Under the pieces are notes generated by a model, which saw only the letters and a program-made list of their open reading frames with translations, was not told the DNA's origin and searched no databases. From Lepidodermella squamata (lineage: Eukaryota; Animalia; Gastrotricha), in contig JBLDXI010000054.1 of NCBI GenBank assembly GCA_047495785.1, positions 4,030,001-4,094,000 on the forward strand: a stretch of DNA of 64,000 nucleotides, written 5' to 3'. Position numbers and translations under genes: made by a program. This document shows positions 62,122 through 64,000 of the stretch, in pieces. Numbering within the stretch: position 1 is the stretch's first letter; each line of letters starts with the position of its first letter.

Positions 62122-64000
62122 TCAGCTCGAAAGTGCACTCGTCTTTGGACGACAACAAAAACGCGACGATTCCAGCAAGACCAGAGTCGACCTTCTTGTT
62201 GGCAGGTTTCGCGGTGACAACCAAGTTGGTGAGGAAATTTTCGCCGAAAAGCACCGATACCTATAAAATACGAATGGTGTGCGAATATTTTAACCAATAA
62301 CTGAATTTCATACCATATGGCTGAGAAGCTGTTGCGCCTCGGCTGGCGGCGCGTTTTGCGGCACTACAACAGTTGCCACTTTATTCACATGCTGCAGGTT
62401 GATGAAGAAACATTCGGGCTGGGCGACGTTGACCTTTTTGTCACCGGGGGCTTCGCGTCCAGCGAACACCTTAGCGCCTTTGGCCAATTTAGCTTTCAAA
62501 CTTTCAAAGCTGCCAGCATCCAAGGGTTTCGCAGTGCCGTCCGCGACGAAAAACTTCAATGGCTCAAAGAAGGCACCCAGAGATCGACGGGCCTGAAAAA
62601 TTAACAGTATTTTATATGTTTAATCAATCAATTCGATTAATTACGCTGGTTTCGAATTTCTCAAATGAGTCAATCAGGTTGCGCCCAGCTGGGTTCTCCA
62701 TCAACACGACGGAGCTCTTGCCATCAGCCCCGTGCACGAGAACGTACGGAACAGCCGGCTGGCCGGTCTTAAGCTTCTGGCCAGCTGCGTACAACGCGGC
62801 TTTGGCCGGGCCCGATGTGGCCGGGGCTTCCGACCACTTTGGCCCGCGCTGGGTCAACGTGAGGCAGAACGAGTCACCCTTGATGTCAAACGACTCTGAG
62901 ATGATAGCTTTCTCGGTGGCCGGCACAGGGAACGACTTCATCGGCTGCTTGATAACACTGAAGATCAGTTCGCCGAACTGGCTCAACATTGCCGCCATGG
63001 CTGGAGAGCACTTCGACACATCGTAGTAGACAGTCACGTCGTCGCTAGGCTGCAGTTGCGCAGATTTCCGCAGCCGCTGGACACGGTTGGCGAATTCACG
63101 AGCCAGACCTTCGGTTTGCATCGACTCGTCCGGGTTGACGTCGAGTAGGACGAAAAATTGTCCGTCGCTGTGCGCCTCGAATTTGGCAGTGTGGTCGCCC
63201 TTCGTGAACGAAGAGCCTTCGCAGCCGTATGTCAGCAACACCTCGTCCAGCCCGATTTTCTCGCCGCACAAATTGATGGAACCGGTCTTCTGCAGTTCAG
63301 TAGCCTGAACTTCGGTCAGTTTCGCCAAATCCTCCTGAATTTGCTTCATCTTCGTCTTGAGCCGAGCGCCCAGCTTCTTCAGATCAGGCAGCACCTTCAG
63401 CTTGATGCCATAGGCGTGGCGGTCGGTTGTTGCCACCAGGTCGCGAACGTTCAACTCTTCAACGATGAATTGACGCATTGATAAGATGTCAGCAACTTCA
63501 CTTGGGTCGTTCGCCGCAACGACAACAGAGCTCAGCGGTGTTTTAAGGGGGAGTTTCGTGCGGTCGCGGATGACTCGACCCAGCTCCACCACGGTCTGCA
63601 TACGCTGCACAGCTGTTTCAATCGGCGTTTCAATCATGCTCGCAACAGGTTTCGGCAACATCAAGAAATGAACCGACGCGTTAGTCGCCACGCCGTTGAT
63701 GAGAGGCGCCTCTTTCGATTTCTCGTCGACGAGCCGCTTCTTCAGCCGCTGGTACATGTATTCGGTCAAGAATGGCAAGAACGGCGCGAGCAGGCGGCAC
63801 GTCGTTTGAACGACAGCGAACAGGGTGCGCAGGGCACACACGCAGTCGTCATCGCCGGTTTCGCCCTTGAGGCGGCGCCGGTTCATGCGGACGTACCAGT
63901 TGGTCAGCTGCTCGACGAAGCGAACCAGGCGAGGCATTACCGTGTACAGGTGGTACGCGCCCATTTCCGAGTGCACGAATTTAACGAGCGATTGTGTGTA
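62122..64000 (-). CDS. IARS1: Cytoplasmic isoleucine-tRNA ligase, 3' part; gene continues beyond the window
   Basis: YHLYTVMPRLVRFVEQLTNWYVRMNRRRLKG, LAPFLPFLTEYMYQ, EELNVR and EGLAREFANRVQRLRK. Two further short exons at about 62593-62314 and 62261-62122. Confidence 0.95.

Noticed and set aside
1-64000. CRISPR arrays, rRNA, tRNA, spliced-leader RNA genes, telomeric arrays
   Set aside because: None seen by eye. Short or divergent RNA genes could have been missed without a covariance-model search.

Overview
Compact invertebrate animal genomic DNA with short GT-AG introns, mostly 40-60 nt. The exact taxon cannot be fixed from this window. Conserved genes recovered by splicing ORFs and unlisted exons: SNAPC1, SEC13, CAPS/unc-31, C22orf39/UPF0545, MAIP1, MTRF1L, IFRD1, an MKP3-like DUSP, a giant HMMR/RHAMM-like protein, PIERCE1 (largely missed by the ORF track), HAND and the 3' part of IARS1. 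The 5.8-18.2 kb region holds an expanded cluster of type II membrane, DxD-motif putative glycosyltransferases (4 intact, 2 decayed). One copy is a three-way mosaic of the others. The cluster is interleaved with Penelope-like remnants carrying two minimal hammerhead ribozymes, a CR1 fragment, a SINE and MITEs. Other highlights: two candidate trans-spliced operons (SNAPC1-SEC13 and MTRF1L-MAIP1-C22orf39), a 12-nt microexon and a 63-nt cassette exon in CAPS, and an internally deleted P element with intact TIRs and an 8-bp TSD. All family assignments come from motif recall, not database searches.
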